A stretch of DNA of 44,664 nt from an uncultured Desulfobacteraceae bacterium (GCA_964572695.1 CAZNFS010000004.1:1-44664), one strand, 5' to 3'; positions 1 through 9,984 are shown, counted from the first letter of the stretch. Made by a program: numbers and translations. Notes: generated from the sequence alone by a model not told the origin.

Positions 1-649
1 CGGTAAATGTGATGCGGTTGGTGTATTTGGTGATGCGTTCCTTAAGCTGGGATTTATACAGGGTGTGTTTGCGGCCATTGTAGGTAAGCGCCGTATTCCC
101 TTTAAAACCGGATTTTTCAATGGCTGCGGCCGCGGTAATAATTTTAAAAATGCTGGCGGCCGGAAAGGTGCTCTCAAGGCAAAGATTGTTTAACGAGTTG
201 GTTTTGTCATGGTTGACCAGAGACAAAATGCGCCCATTTTGGGGATCAAGAACGACGATTCCGATGTAACGGGCAGTGGAGCCGCTAATCCGCTCAAGCA
301 GAAATTGCTGCAGAGGCATCTCCAGGCTGGTATCAACCCTGTATTTTGATCCGCCAAAGTCGATTTCAAAACTTTTATTTTCTAAATTCTCAAAGCTTAT
401 ACCGGCGAGCAATAAGTGCACATCTTTTTTGTCGATCAGATTTTCAAAAGATCCTCCCGCGGACAGAGGTGTTTTGTCGTCTGTATGATAATAGGAAGAC
501 CATACAACGATGGCCCCGATGATAGGAGATAGACCGACCAATAAGAAAAGAACCCGGGACAGATGTTTGCGGAAATTTTTAATGAGTCGCTTTTGGGCGG
601 AGCTGCGCTTAAGATTGGTCTGATACCTTTTCCAGTTAGATCTATTCAC
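1..649 (-). CDS. Penicillin-binding transpeptidase-domain protein (5' part; runs off window start)
   Basis: Not in the ORF track. My manual translation from GTG at 649 gives MNRSNWKRYQ..., an N-terminal hydrophobic anchor, then 'GIVVLDPQNGRILSLV' and the SxxK motif 'FPAASIFKIITAAAAIE' typical of PBP transpeptidases. Confidence 0.8.
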   Translation of the reverse strand, partial: MNRSNWKRYQTNLKRSSAQKRLIKNFRKHLSRVLFLLVGLSPIIGAIVVWSSYYHTDDKTPLSAGGSFENLIDKKDVHLLLAGISFENLENKSFEIDFGGSKYRVDTSLEMPLQQFLLERISGSTARYIGIVVLDPQNGRILSLVNHDKTNSLNNLCLESTFPAASIFKIITAAAAIEKSGFKGNTALTYNGRKHTLYKSQLKERITKYTNRITFT

Positions 650-670
650 GGTGATAGGATTGCTGAGCCT

Positions 671-2593
671 TTAAAAAACTTGTGTTCCGGGTTTTGTTTT
701 TCTCTCCAGTGTTGCAAGCGTGCATTGATTATCGTCCACTGCGGCCAGTAACATGCCTCTGGAAAGAATCCCCATCAGTTTGGCCGGCTTCAAGTTGGCC
801 ACAATAATCACCTGCTTGCCGACCAGCTCATGCGGGGAATAGTGTTCTGCAATTCCAGCGACAATGGTTCGGTTTTCACCGATATCGACCTCGAGTTTAA
901 GAAGCTTCTTGGCCTTGGGGATGGCTTCGGCCTTTGTTACAATCCCGATACGCAAATCGACCTGGCTGAAGATTTCAATGGGTATTTCGGGTTTGATGGC
1001 CGCCGGGGTGGAATCTGAGGAATCCCGGTCCAAAGGACCCGTAGCGCTTGCGGGTGTGTCAATGCGCGGAAAAAGCGAAATTGCCTTGGGAATAATCGTG
1101 CCGGGTTTTAATGTCTTCCAGGTGTTAATGACATCGAAATGATAAAATGGTTTTTGCGGATTAAGCCCAAGGTGGGTCTGCATCCTTTTGGCGGTATCCG
1201 GCATAACCGGGTAGATGAGTCCGGAAACAATCCGCAGTCCTTCAAGGAGGTTGTAAAGAACCGTTTCAAGCTGCTTGCGGGTTGCTTTTTTTTTGGCAAG
1301 GGTCCATGGGGCCGTGACATCGATATATTTATTCATCTGATTGATAAATTCCCACACACATATGAGAGCTTTGTGAAACGTCAGGGCCTGCATGGCCGTC
1401 CTAAATTCCACCGCGGTTCTTTGGGCATCAGAGACAAGGCCCAGATCGAATTCTTCTTCCATTTTTGGATCGGCGGCCGGAACCTTTGCGTCGCAATATT
1501 TTTGGACCATGGCGACGACCCTTGAAAAAAGATTCCCCAAGTCGTTGGCTAAATCGGCATTCGTCCGCTGAATGAGTGCCTCTTCGCTAAAGTTTGAATC
1601 GAGACCGAATACCATTTCGCGCATCAAAAAAAACCGGAATGCATCCAAACCGTAAATATTTTTTAGCTGCAGCGGATCGACGACATTTCCCAGACTCTTG
1701 GACATTTTACTTTGATCAACATTCCAATACCCATGAACGTTTAAATGCTGATAGAGCGGGATCCCGGCGGCCTTCAGCATTATCGGCCAATAGATTCCAT
1801 GCGGTTTCAGGATATCTTTGGCCACAACGTGCTGAGCCTGGGGCCAAAATTTTAAATAACGGTCCTGGTCCGGATATCCAAGTGCCGAGATGTAATTGAG
1901 AAGCGCATCAAACCACACATAGGTCACAAAGTTTTCGTCAAAAGGAAGCGTGATGCCCCATTTCAGTCGGGATTTGGGTCTGGAAATGCACAGGTCGCCA
2001 AGGGGTTCGCGTAAAAAAGCCAGAACCTCATTCTTGTATCGCTGGGGGCGAATAAAGTCCGGATTGGATTTAATGTGCTTGATGAGCCAGTCCTGATAGC
2101 GGCTCATTTTGAAAAAGTAATTCGATTCTTTGATCACTTCGGGTGCGGTTTCATGGTCCGGGCATTTGCCATCCACAAGCTCTCGTTCGGTGTAAAACCG
2201 CTCGCAGCCAAAACAGTAAAGCCCTTCGTATTCGCTGAAGTAGATATCACCGCCGTCGTAGATTTTCTGTAGAATCCGGCGCACGATTTCCATATGGGCC
2301 GGGTCGGTGGTTCGGATGAAAGCACTGTATTCAATATTCAATTGCGGCCACAGCTCCCTGAACAGGCGGCTGATCTTGTCCACATAGGTCCGGGGGCTCA
2401 AATTTTCCTTCACGGCAGCCTGGACAACCTTATCACCATGTTCGTCGGTTCCCGTCAGAAAGAAGGTTTCGGTGTCATGCATGGAATGAAAGCGGGTCAT
2501 TACATCGGCGACGATGGTGGTATACGCATGTCCCAGGTGGGGGCGGGCATTCACATAGTATATGGGTGTGGTTATATAAAAAGGTTTTGGCAT
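671..2593 (-). CDS. metG: Methionyl-tRNA synthetase with C-terminal tRNA-binding domain
   Basis: 'YITTPIYYVNARPHLGH' (HIGH), 'GTDEHG', CxxC zinc knuckle, 'KMSKS', C-terminal OB-fold 'DLRIG...KLLKLEVDIG'. Confidence 0.98.
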   Translation of the reverse strand: MPKPFYITTPIYYVNARPHLGHAYTTIVADVMTRFHSMHDTETFFLTGTDEHGDKVVQAAVKENLSPRTYVDKISRLFRELWPQLNIEYSAFIRTTDPAHMEIVRRILQKIYDGGDIYFSEYEGLYCFGCERFYTERELVDGKCPDHETAPEVIKESNYFFKMSRYQDWLIKHIKSNPDFIRPQRYKNEVLAFLREPLGDLCISRPKSRLKWGITLPFDENFVTYVWFDALLNYISALGYPDQDRYLKFWPQAQHVVAKDILKPHGIYWPIMLKAAGIPLYQHLNVHGYWNVDQSKMSKSLGNVVDPLQLKNIYGLDAFRFFLMREMVFGLDSNFSEEALIQRTNADLANDLGNLFSRVVAMVQKYCDAKVPAADPKMEEEFDLGLVSDAQRTAVEFRTAMQALTFHKALICVWEFINQMNKYIDVTAPWTLAKKKATRKQLETVLYNLLEGLRIVSGLIYPVMPDTAKRMQTHLGLNPQKPFYHFDVINTWKTLKPGTIIPKAISLFPRIDTPASATGPLDRDSSDSTPAAIKPEIPIEIFSQVDLRIGIVTKAEAIPKAKKLLKLEVDIGENRTIVAGIAEHYSPHELVGKQVIIVANLKPAKLMGILSRGMLLAAVDDNQCTLATLERKTKPGTQVF

Positions 2594-3394
2594 TTATCGT
2601 TCCTTTATGATTTCATTTAAACCGGTTTCTATCTCCAGGTTATCGGCGGTCCGGATGGTGATCTGGTTGCAAATCACATTGTGACGGATAACTTTCCCCT
2701 CGCCGGTTTTGGTCTTCACCTTTTGACCGATTCGAGGGAAGTTTTTTCTGAGTTGCAGGTAAGTGGAGTTTTCAAATGTTAAACAGCACATGAGCCGGCC
2801 GCATTGGCCGGAAATTTTGGATGGATTTAGCGAGAGATTTTGTTCCTTGGCCATACGGATTGAAACCGGTTCAAATTTTTCAATGAACGCGGAACAGCAG
2901 ATTTGACGGCCGCAGCGCCCGAGTCCGCCGCACATTTTGGCTTTATTTCTGATCCCCACCTGGCGCATTTCAATCTTCGTAGAGAGTTTTTCGCCCAGCG
3001 TCTTGACCAATTGACGAAAATCGACTCTCCCTTCGGATGTGAAATAGAACGTTAGTTTGCCGGCATCAAAAGTGCTTTCCACCGAAAACAGATTCATCTT
3101 GAGCCTCAGATCTTTTATCGATTGAAGACAGAATTCGAATGCCCGGTTGACGGTGTGGCGATTTTTTTCTCTTTGACGAAAATCTTTTTCGGAGGCAAGG
3201 CGGTGAACCTTTTTCAACGGTCTGGTTGATTTATTCGGATCAAATGGGGCCGGTGGAACTACTACTAGCCCAAATCCCAGCCCCTGCTCGGTTTCCACGA
3301 TAACGCGATCTCCGCTATTCAGTACAAAAGCGCCGCTGTCAAAGTCATAAACCTTGCCGGCGGACTTAAATCGAACTCCAACCTTTTTTTTCAT
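2594..3394 (-). CDS. PSP1-domain / YaaT(RicT)-family protein
   Basis: 'GVRFKSAGKVYDFD', 'GRVDFRQLVK', Cys motifs 'GRCGRQICC' and 'KISGQCGRLMCCL'. Conserved position between holB and metG. Confidence 0.92.
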   Translation of the reverse strand: MKKKVGVRFKSAGKVYDFDSGAFVLNSGDRVIVETEQGLGFGLVVVPPAPFDPNKSTRPLKKVHRLASEKDFRQREKNRHTVNRAFEFCLQSIKDLRLKMNLFSVESTFDAGKLTFYFTSEGRVDFRQLVKTLGEKLSTKIEMRQVGIRNKAKMCGGLGRCGRQICCSAFIEKFEPVSIRMAKEQNLSLNPSKISGQCGRLMCCLTFENSTYLQLRKNFPRIGQKVKTKTGEGKVIRHNVICNQITIRTADNLEIETGLNEIIKER

Positions 3395-4437
3395 GGCAGT
3401 AATTTGGCGAGTTTAAAGATCATTATTTCCAATGCAAGCCTTATGTTTGCATTTGCTCTAATTTTGTCCTGGACATCCCGGACCGCTTCTATCTGCTTGA
3501 GAAGTAAGGGCACGGGCACACTTGGTGAAACATATTGAACCTTGTCGGTCAAGTCCTTGTTGATAATTTTTTCAGGATTATATCGCCAAACGATCAGGTC
3601 GCGCAACCAGGATTTGATCACTTCCAGATCTTCTGAAAGGATTTGTTTGTTGCGGGAAAGATTTTCGGCCAGCGCAAGGAGGAGCCCCAGCGACCGGGAC
3701 GGAAGAGATATCAATTCCTGAACAAGCCATTTACGTCGTTTAGTCCAATCGATCTGATGCGTGGGTCGAATCATGGCGCTTGCGGCGGTAAAGCTCCCGT
3801 CTGCCATTGAAGCGATAATTTGCGCTTCTTTTTTGTCCAGCCCTTTTTGGGCCATTAACATGCCGGCAAGGTGTTTACGGGATATGGGGTTAAAGTGAAT
3901 ATGCTGACAGCGCGATACAATCGTAGGGAGCAAAGCGGTCTTCTCAGGGGCGGTAAGGATCAATACCGTTTGCGCAGGCGGTTCCTCCAGCATTTTGAGG
4001 AAAGCATTGCCGGCCTGGGGATTCAGTTTGTGGGCATCAGCCAGAATTGCCACCCGGTATTTGGCTTCATAGGGTTTCATGACAAACATTTGATAAAGAT
4101 TGCGGATTTGATCGATCCGGATAAACGGACCCGATGGGTTGATATGAGTGACATCGGGATGGTGACCGGACTTTATTTTACGGCATGATCTACATGTCCC
4201 GCATGGATTTGCGGAACTTATTTCAATGGTCGGTGGGCCTGGGTGTTGTGGTTTGGCAAGAGAGGGCGTGGCGGTACAATTACAGGCCATGGCAAATACC
4301 AAGGCGGCGGTTTTTTTGCCCACTCCCCCAATACCGGTAAAAAGAAGGGCGTGGGGAATGGAGCCGGTCTTAAGGAAAGTGGTTAATATTCGTACAGGTA
4401 TTTGTTGATCAATGATAGACTCAAACTGAGTTACCAA
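3391..4437 (-). CDS. holB: DNA polymerase III subunit delta'
   Basis: 'HALLFTGIGGVGK', zinc motif 'CGTCRSC', 'NAFLKMLEEPP', 'LPTIVSRC'. TTG start uncertain. Confidence 0.93.
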   Translation of the reverse strand: MVTQFESIIDQQIPVRILTTFLKTGSIPHALLFTGIGGVGKKTAALVFAMACNCTATPSLAKPQHPGPPTIEISSANPCGTCRSCRKIKSGHHPDVTHINPSGPFIRIDQIRNLYQMFVMKPYEAKYRVAILADAHKLNPQAGNAFLKMLEEPPAQTVLILTAPEKTALLPTIVSRCQHIHFNPISRKHLAGMLMAQKGLDKKEAQIIASMADGSFTAASAMIRPTHQIDWTKRRKWLVQELISLPSRSLGLLLALAENLSRNKQILSEDLEVIKSWLRDLIVWRYNPEKIINKDLTDKVQYVSPSVPVPLLLKQIEAVRDVQDKIRANANIRLALEIMIFKLAKLLP

Positions 4438-4529
4438 TTTAACCCTGCATGCAAAGATAATGAAATAATTTGGTTACAAAAAGGTTTGGGACTGGCGCTC
4501 CGGCACGGTGAATAAACAGCACACCCGGA

Positions 4530-4805
4530 TTAATAATCGACCCGCTCCTTGAGCTCTTTTCCGGATTTGAAGAAGGGAAGCTTTTTGGGCTTTATAGGAA
4601 CCTTTTCGCCGGTTTTGGGATTGCGACCGGTATAGCTTTTATACTCTTTCACGAAAAAGCTGCACAAGCCTCGTATTTCTACCCGTTCTCCCTGTGCCAT
4701 GGCATCTGCCATGGAATCAAAGAAAATTTGAACGACTTTGGCGGCCTCGGTTTTCGAAATGTCCGCTTCGTTTTTCAGAGCGGAGATAAGCTCCAGCTTG
4801 TTCAT
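4530..4805 (-). CDS. Integration host factor beta-like / HU family DNA-binding protein
   Basis: 'MNKLELI', 'RVEIRGLCSF', 'GRNPKTGEKV', 'PFFKSGKELKERV'. AGGAGG RBS upstream. Confidence 0.93.
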   Translation of the reverse strand: MNKLELISALKNEADISKTEAAKVVQIFFDSMADAMAQGERVEIRGLCSFFVKEYKSYTGRNPKTGEKVPIKPKKLPFFKSGKELKERVDY

Positions 4806-5070
4806 ATATCCTCCTTGAGTCCTTGGGGCTTAGAAAATTATTTTTATTTTAATGATAGCATTTACAGAAGTCAAGACTAAAATGGGATGTAACTTACTGG
4901 ATTTACAAACTCAACTGATGGAAATCCAGGCTTTGGAATAAGACAGGACTCTAATTGAGCGATTTTAACCACCGGCCACAGGTTGCCAAACCGAATGCGG
5001 AGTGAGAATTAATTTGAAACGCAGCGGTAAATATCTTAATATCAGGTCCTTGATATCAGGAGGACCTGTA

Positions 5071-6306
5071 ATGCACGCTTTGTCTAAAATAGATCCAGCC
5101 GTGGCAACCCTTATCAAAGAAGAAGAGACCCGGATCGAAGAGACGTTGAATATGATTGCAGCTGAGAATCATGCGCCCCGATCGGTTATGGAAACCCTGG
5201 GTTCGATCTTTAACACCAAAACCATCGAAGGGTATCCGGGAAATCGTTTTCATGCCGGCTGTGTCAATGCGGATAAAATGGAGAATTTGGCCATCAAACG
5301 GGGACAGCGGCTTTTTGGGGCAGAGTACGTAAATGTCCAGCCGCACAGCGGTACCTCGGCCAATCTGGCGGTTTATTTTGCAGTCCTAAATCCGGGGGAT
5401 CGAATCTTTTCAATGAGCCTGCCGCATGGGGGGCATTTGTCCCATGGACACACGGCTTCGATAACCTCAAAATGCTTTGAATTTTCCCATTACGGTGTCG
5501 ATCAAACGACAGAGCGAATTGACTATGACCAAGTCCGCAAATTGGCACATCAATTTCTGCCGCGCATGATCATTGCCGGGGCCAGTTCTTATCCCCGCAT
5601 TATCGATTATGAAAAGATGGCGCTCATTGCCGCAGAAATTTCGGCCTACCTGATGGCGGATATGGCCCATGTGGCAGGATTGGTGGCTGCCAAAGTGATT
5701 CCCAGTCCCGTGCCAAGCTGCGATTTTATTACTTTTACCTGTTATAAAACCTTGATGGGAGGGCGAGGCGGGGTTATTTTAGCCAAACAGAAATACGGAT
5801 CCAAAATCGACAGAGCTATTTTCCCCGGATCGCAGGGGACCAGTGCCGTCAATCTCATCGCAGCCAAAGCCCACATTTTTAAACTGGCCACGCAACCGAA
5901 ATATACCCGAATCCAACAAAACACCCTCGATAATGCCGTCTGTCTGGCATCTGCGCTTCAAAATAGAGGGTATCGCATCGTCACCAGGGGGACTGAAACA
6001 CATCAGGTCCTGGTCGATGTCACCCCAAAGGGACTGGATGGAAACGCGGCCGAAAAAGCGTTGGAGTCGCTGGGGATTATTGTTAACCGGAATGTCATTC
6101 CCCGGGATGCCTCCCGTCCGGGAGCTGTCAGCGGTGTGCGCCTGGGAACCGCAGCCCTTTCCACAAGGGGAATGGGAAAGCCGCAGATGATTCAAATTGC
6201 CGACTTGATCGATGCCGGACTGAAGGACTCTGACAACTCAGAAGCAAAAAATCAAATCTCTTTATTAGTTTCCCAATTATGCAAGGAGTTTCCCGTGTAC
6301 GGGTAA
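5071..6306 (+). CDS. Serine hydroxymethyltransferase-family PLP enzyme (divergent active site)
   Basis: 'EGYPG', 'NVQPHSG', 'GGHLSHG', 'DMAHVAGLVA', PLP-Lys in 'TCYKTLMGGRGG', 'GVRLGT'. Start moved to ATG 5071, which follows an AGGAGG RBS. Confidence 0.9.
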   Translation: MHALSKIDPAVATLIKEEETRIEETLNMIAAENHAPRSVMETLGSIFNTKTIEGYPGNRFHAGCVNADKMENLAIKRGQRLFGAEYVNVQPHSGTSANLAVYFAVLNPGDRIFSMSLPHGGHLSHGHTASITSKCFEFSHYGVDQTTERIDYDQVRKLAHQFLPRMIIAGASSYPRIIDYEKMALIAAEISAYLMADMAHVAGLVAAKVIPSPVPSCDFITFTCYKTLMGGRGGVILAKQKYGSKIDRAIFPGSQGTSAVNLIAAKAHIFKLATQPKYTRIQQNTLDNAVCLASALQNRGYRIVTRGTETHQVLVDVTPKGLDGNAAEKALESLGIIVNRNVIPRDASRPGAVSGVRLGTAALSTRGMGKPQMIQIADLIDAGLKDSDNSEAKNQISLLVSQLCKEFPVYG

Positions 6307-6325
6307 ACTCCAAATCCGTAATCGT

Positions 6326-6355
6326 TTGACATTTCCAGCACCCGAATCATAGAAT
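6326..6355 (+). promoter_or_regulatory. Sigma70-type promoter of the PAS/GAF histidine kinase
   Basis: TTGACA (6326-6331), 18-bp spacer, TAGAAT (6350-6355). Confidence 0.65.
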
Positions 6356-6361
6356 AACCGC

Positions 6362-8713
6362 ATGACTTCAGGACCCAAGCCCAAAGATCCGGAACGAGAG
6401 ATCAAATTTCTCCAAAACGAGCTCAAAAAACATAAAAAAAGAGAGAACGCTCTGGAGCAAAGCCAGGAAAAGCTTACCCAGATTATCGAAAGCGTCTCTA
6501 TCCCGACCTTCGTAATCGATAACCGTCACGTCGTCACCCACTATAACAGAGCCATGGAGAATCTGACCGGGATTCGGGCAGATAAGATTGTGGGAACCCG
6601 GAACCAATGGCAGGCGTTTTATTCCGAAGCCAGACCCGTCATGGCCGACTTTATCGTCGATGAAGCCTCCGAAGAGGAAATTGCGGCATGCTATAAGGAC
6701 AAATATCGCCCATCGGCTGTAAAGGGGGGCGCATACGAGGCGGAAGATTTTTTCCCGGCTTTCGGCGACAATGGGAAATGGCTCTTTTTCACGGCCGCAC
6801 CCTTGAAAGATTCCGAGGGGCGTAACATCGGCGCCGTGGAAACACTTCAAGATATTTCCGAGCGAAAAAGAACCGAAAAAGCGCTGGTTGAATCAGAGCG
6901 GCACCTTCAGACACTCCTTGATTTTGCACCTTATCCCATAGTGGTGTTTACACTGGATGGTTTGGTTACCTTCCTGAATCCGGCTTTTAGCGAGACTTTC
7001 GGCTGGACCTTCAAAGAACTGAGAGGCAAACGAATCCCTTATGTACCCCCGGATCTCAAACAGGAGGTCACTCAGAATATTCGCAAGCTTTTCGAAGATG
7101 AGGTAATCCTGCGCTATGAGACCCGGCGTTTGACCAAAGACGGCCGCATCCTGGATATTGTCATACGCGGGGCCGTTTACTCAGATTCCAGTGGTAATCC
7201 GGCGGGTGAGTTGGTGATCCTGCGGGACATCACCCAGGAAAAGCGGACTGCACGCAACAACAAGGCCATGCTCCGAACCAGCATGGCCCTGCCGGAATAC
7301 CCGGAACTTTATGAACTTATTGACTATGTGAGCGGCGTCATCAAAGAACTGATGGATACCGAGGGAGGGGTTGTAGTTCTGCTGGATGAAGGGCGGCAGG
7401 AACTTTTTTTTCTTGGGGCGGCTTATGATGACAGCGCCACTCAGCAACGGGTTAAAGAAATTCGTTTTGGAGTGGATGAGCTTGTTGCCGGCAGGGTGAT
7501 TCAAACCGGAAAACCGATCCTCATAAATGACACCACAGAAGATGCGGATCTTCATTTGGAGAGAGATAAAAAACTCGGCTATCAGACAAAAAGCCTTTTG
7601 CTGGTTCCTCTCAGAAGCCATGAGCGGGTCATCGGAGTGCTGTGTGCCATCAATAAAAAGGCGGGGGTATTTGAAGAGACCGATACGGATCTTTTAAGCA
7701 TGCTGGCGGGAAATGTGGCTCTTTCCATAGAGAATGCTCGATTTTCAGAGGAGCTGAAAAAAGCTTACATGGAAGTGTCGAGTTTAAACCGGACCAAGGA
7801 TAAGGTGATTAATCACCTGTCGCATGAATTGCGGACGCCGATTGCGGTGCTGAACACTTCTTTGATTCTACTGGTAAAGCGGATGCAGGGCATACCGCAG
7901 GATTCCTGGAAACCCACGTTAGACCGGGCTCGCAGAAATCTCGATCGGCTATTGGAAATGCAGTATCAGATAGATGATATTATGCGGGACAAAACTTTTA
8001 CGAGCTATGGCATCTTATATCGATTACTGGAAGCCAGCAAGGATGAGCTGGAGACCCTGGTGGCCGAGCAGATCGGTGAGGGCTCCATCGTGGATCGCAT
8101 TAAGATACGCATCGAAGATGAATTCGGCCTAAAGGCGCTTGTTCCGGAAAAGATTCAACTAGACCGCTTTATAAAAGAGCGATTGGTATCCCTCAGAACG
8201 TTATTTTCACACCGGCAGATCGATATTGCCGACCGGCTTGAATCCACTGCGCCGGTATATGTCCCTCACGAAGCCCTCGCCAAGGTTTTTGACGGGCTGT
8301 TAAAAAATGCAATCGAGAATACGCCCGATGAGGGTCGGATCGAAATTACGGTTAAAAAGAAAAATGCCGGTACGCAGTTGGCGGTGCGGGATTACGGAGT
8401 CGGTATTACGGAAGAAAACCAAAGCCGGATATTTGAAGGTTTTTTTACAACCCAGGAAGCCCTGGATTACTCAAGCAAAAAGCCCTTTGATTTCAATGCG
8501 GGCGGGAAAGGCGCTGATCTTTTACGGATGAGGGTATTTTCCGAACGCTATAATTTTAAACTCGAAATGGCATCCGAACGATGCCGGTTCCTACCCCAAG
8601 ACAGCGATATCTGCCCCGGCCGAATCAGTGCCTGCTCCAAATGCCAAACCGGCCAGGGGTGTCATCAATCCGGGGCCACGTCTTTTACACTCTATTTTCC
8701 GCCGGCACCTTAA
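6362..8713 (+). CDS. PAS-PAS-GAF sensor histidine kinase
   Basis: Two PAS/PAC repeats ('DISERKR', 'RDITQEK'), GAF ('VPLRSHERVIGVLCAINK'), H-box 'SHELRTPI', N-box 'LLKNAIENTP', G1 'DYGVGI'. Confidence 0.9.
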   Translation: MTSGPKPKDPEREIKFLQNELKKHKKRENALEQSQEKLTQIIESVSIPTFVIDNRHVVTHYNRAMENLTGIRADKIVGTRNQWQAFYSEARPVMADFIVDEASEEEIAACYKDKYRPSAVKGGAYEAEDFFPAFGDNGKWLFFTAAPLKDSEGRNIGAVETLQDISERKRTEKALVESERHLQTLLDFAPYPIVVFTLDGLVTFLNPAFSETFGWTFKELRGKRIPYVPPDLKQEVTQNIRKLFEDEVILRYETRRLTKDGRILDIVIRGAVYSDSSGNPAGELVILRDITQEKRTARNNKAMLRTSMALPEYPELYELIDYVSGVIKELMDTEGGVVVLLDEGRQELFFLGAAYDDSATQQRVKEIRFGVDELVAGRVIQTGKPILINDTTEDADLHLERDKKLGYQTKSLLLVPLRSHERVIGVLCAINKKAGVFEETDTDLLSMLAGNVALSIENARFSEELKKAYMEVSSLNRTKDKVINHLSHELRTPIAVLNTSLILLVKRMQGIPQDSWKPTLDRARRNLDRLLEMQYQIDDIMRDKTFTSYGILYRLLEASKDELETLVAEQIGEGSIVDRIKIRIEDEFGLKALVPEKIQLDRFIKERLVSLRTLFSHRQIDIADRLESTAPVYVPHEALAKVFDGLLKNAIENTPDEGRIEITVKKKNAGTQLAVRDYGVGITEENQSRIFEGFFTTQEALDYSSKKPFDFNAGGKGADLLRMRVFSERYNFKLEMASERCRFLPQDSDICPGRISACSKCQTGQGCHQSGATSFTLYFPPAP

Positions 8714-9896
8714 TTTTTGCGGTTAAAAGAGTTAGCTTAAGACCACCATGATGGAGAGGATGAAGGCGAATTTCCTGAAAAGGTGCCAGGGCCGCGAGGC
8801 GTTTTTCAGGAACAATCAGCGCCAGTTTCCAATCCCGGTATGCGCGTTTTAAGGTTTCGTAAATCCGCATAAAAAACGCGTCGATCTGATCGGGATCTCC
8901 CAGGCGCAACCCATAAGGCGGATTGATGACGACCAGGCCGGGACGAGGCGATACTTCATGCGGAACAACGCCAAAGAAATCCCGGCACGAGATACGAATG
9001 ACCCCTGAGAATCCGTGTGTTTCTATTTTGTCCTGCAGTACGTTGCAAATCCGGCGGTCGTGGTCGGAGGCAAAGACGAACGGTTTCGTAAGGGGAGAGA
9101 TCCGATTTTCAGATTGTCGCCGAATATAGGCCCATTGACGGGGCAGGAAACAGGGCCAGCCCTTGAAGGCAAAGTCCCGGAACCATCCGGCCGGAATTTT
9201 TTGGGCCCGCATGGCCGCCTCAATGGTGAAGGTCCCCGATCCGCACATCGGATCCAAAAGCGGCTCCCGGCCCGTATACCCGGCCAGGGTCAGTATGCCG
9301 GCGGCAATGGTTTCGCGAAGGGGGGCCCGGCCGACATCTTTTTTAATCCCGCGCTTATACAAAAGGTCACCGCTGCTATCGATAGACAGGGTAAAATGAT
9401 CGTTTGCGACCCTTACAAATATGATCTGTGGCACCGGCGCGTGAGCGGAGGGGGTTGGGTCGGCAGGTATATTCAGCAGGCGTCCGGCAAGGCTTATTTT
9501 AAAACGCTCGGATATGGCAACGGTGTGGAACAGTCTAGAATGTCGCGATGTGACATTGATCCGGGGAAGCCGTCCCGCCGGAAGATAGAGTTCCCAGTTA
9601 AAATCGGCCAATTTTTTTTCAAGCTGACGAAAATTGGTGGCTTTAAAAGTCCCCATGCGCATAAGGATTCGGTTGGCGGTGCTAAGCTTTAAATTGGCCA
9701 GGTAACAGTCCGCCACACGACCCTTGAATTGAACACCGCCGGAGATAACTTGAGCGGTTTTGATGGAAAGCGGTCGCGCCCGAAGCTCAGCCAAACAGAG
9801 TTGTTCCAAACCGGGCGAGGTCGCCGCAAAGAATGTCCGTTCGGGGCCGGTGACATGGCGCTTGATGCGCCTGGATAAAGAGTTGGATGGGCACAA
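8685..9896 (-). CDS. THUMP-domain SAM-dependent RNA methyltransferase (RlmL/YpsC-like)
   Basis: 'GLEQLCLAEL', 'SIDSSGDLLYKRG', 'APLRETIAAG', 'DPMCGSGT', 'NPPYG'. Confidence 0.9.
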   Translation of the reverse strand: MCPSNSLSRRIKRHVTGPERTFFAATSPGLEQLCLAELRARPLSIKTAQVISGGVQFKGRVADCYLANLKLSTANRILMRMGTFKATNFRQLEKKLADFNWELYLPAGRLPRINVTSRHSRLFHTVAISERFKISLAGRLLNIPADPTPSAHAPVPQIIFVRVANDHFTLSIDSSGDLLYKRGIKKDVGRAPLRETIAAGILTLAGYTGREPLLDPMCGSGTFTIEAAMRAQKIPAGWFRDFAFKGWPCFLPRQWAYIRRQSENRISPLTKPFVFASDHDRRICNVLQDKIETHGFSGVIRISCRDFFGVVPHEVSPRPGLVVINPPYGLRLGDPDQIDAFFMRIYETLKRAYRDWKLALIVPEKRLAALAPFQEIRLHPLHHGGLKLTLLTAKIKVPAENRV

Positions 9897-9984
9897 AATA
9901 AGGTTTCTTTGATCTTGTTTTTGGTATATGCAACGGGAGCATAGAAAAGCGCAGCAATCTCATTCTGATTCTAAGGAGTAAAAC

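Noticed and set aside
2594-3394. 'Sporulation' protein YaaT as evidence of an unusual developmental system
   Set aside because: PSP1/YaaT genes next to holB and metG are a widespread arrangement, including in non-sporulating bacteria.
4806-5070. Glycine/ZTP/THF riboswitch upstream of the glyA-like gene
   Set aside because: No recognisable aptamer motifs by eye. An Rfam search would be needed to exclude one fully.
8685-8713. 29-bp tail-to-tail overlap of the kinase and methyltransferase (also the abutting stops at 41661-41666)
   Set aside because: Short convergent overlaps are common, and both proteins look complete.
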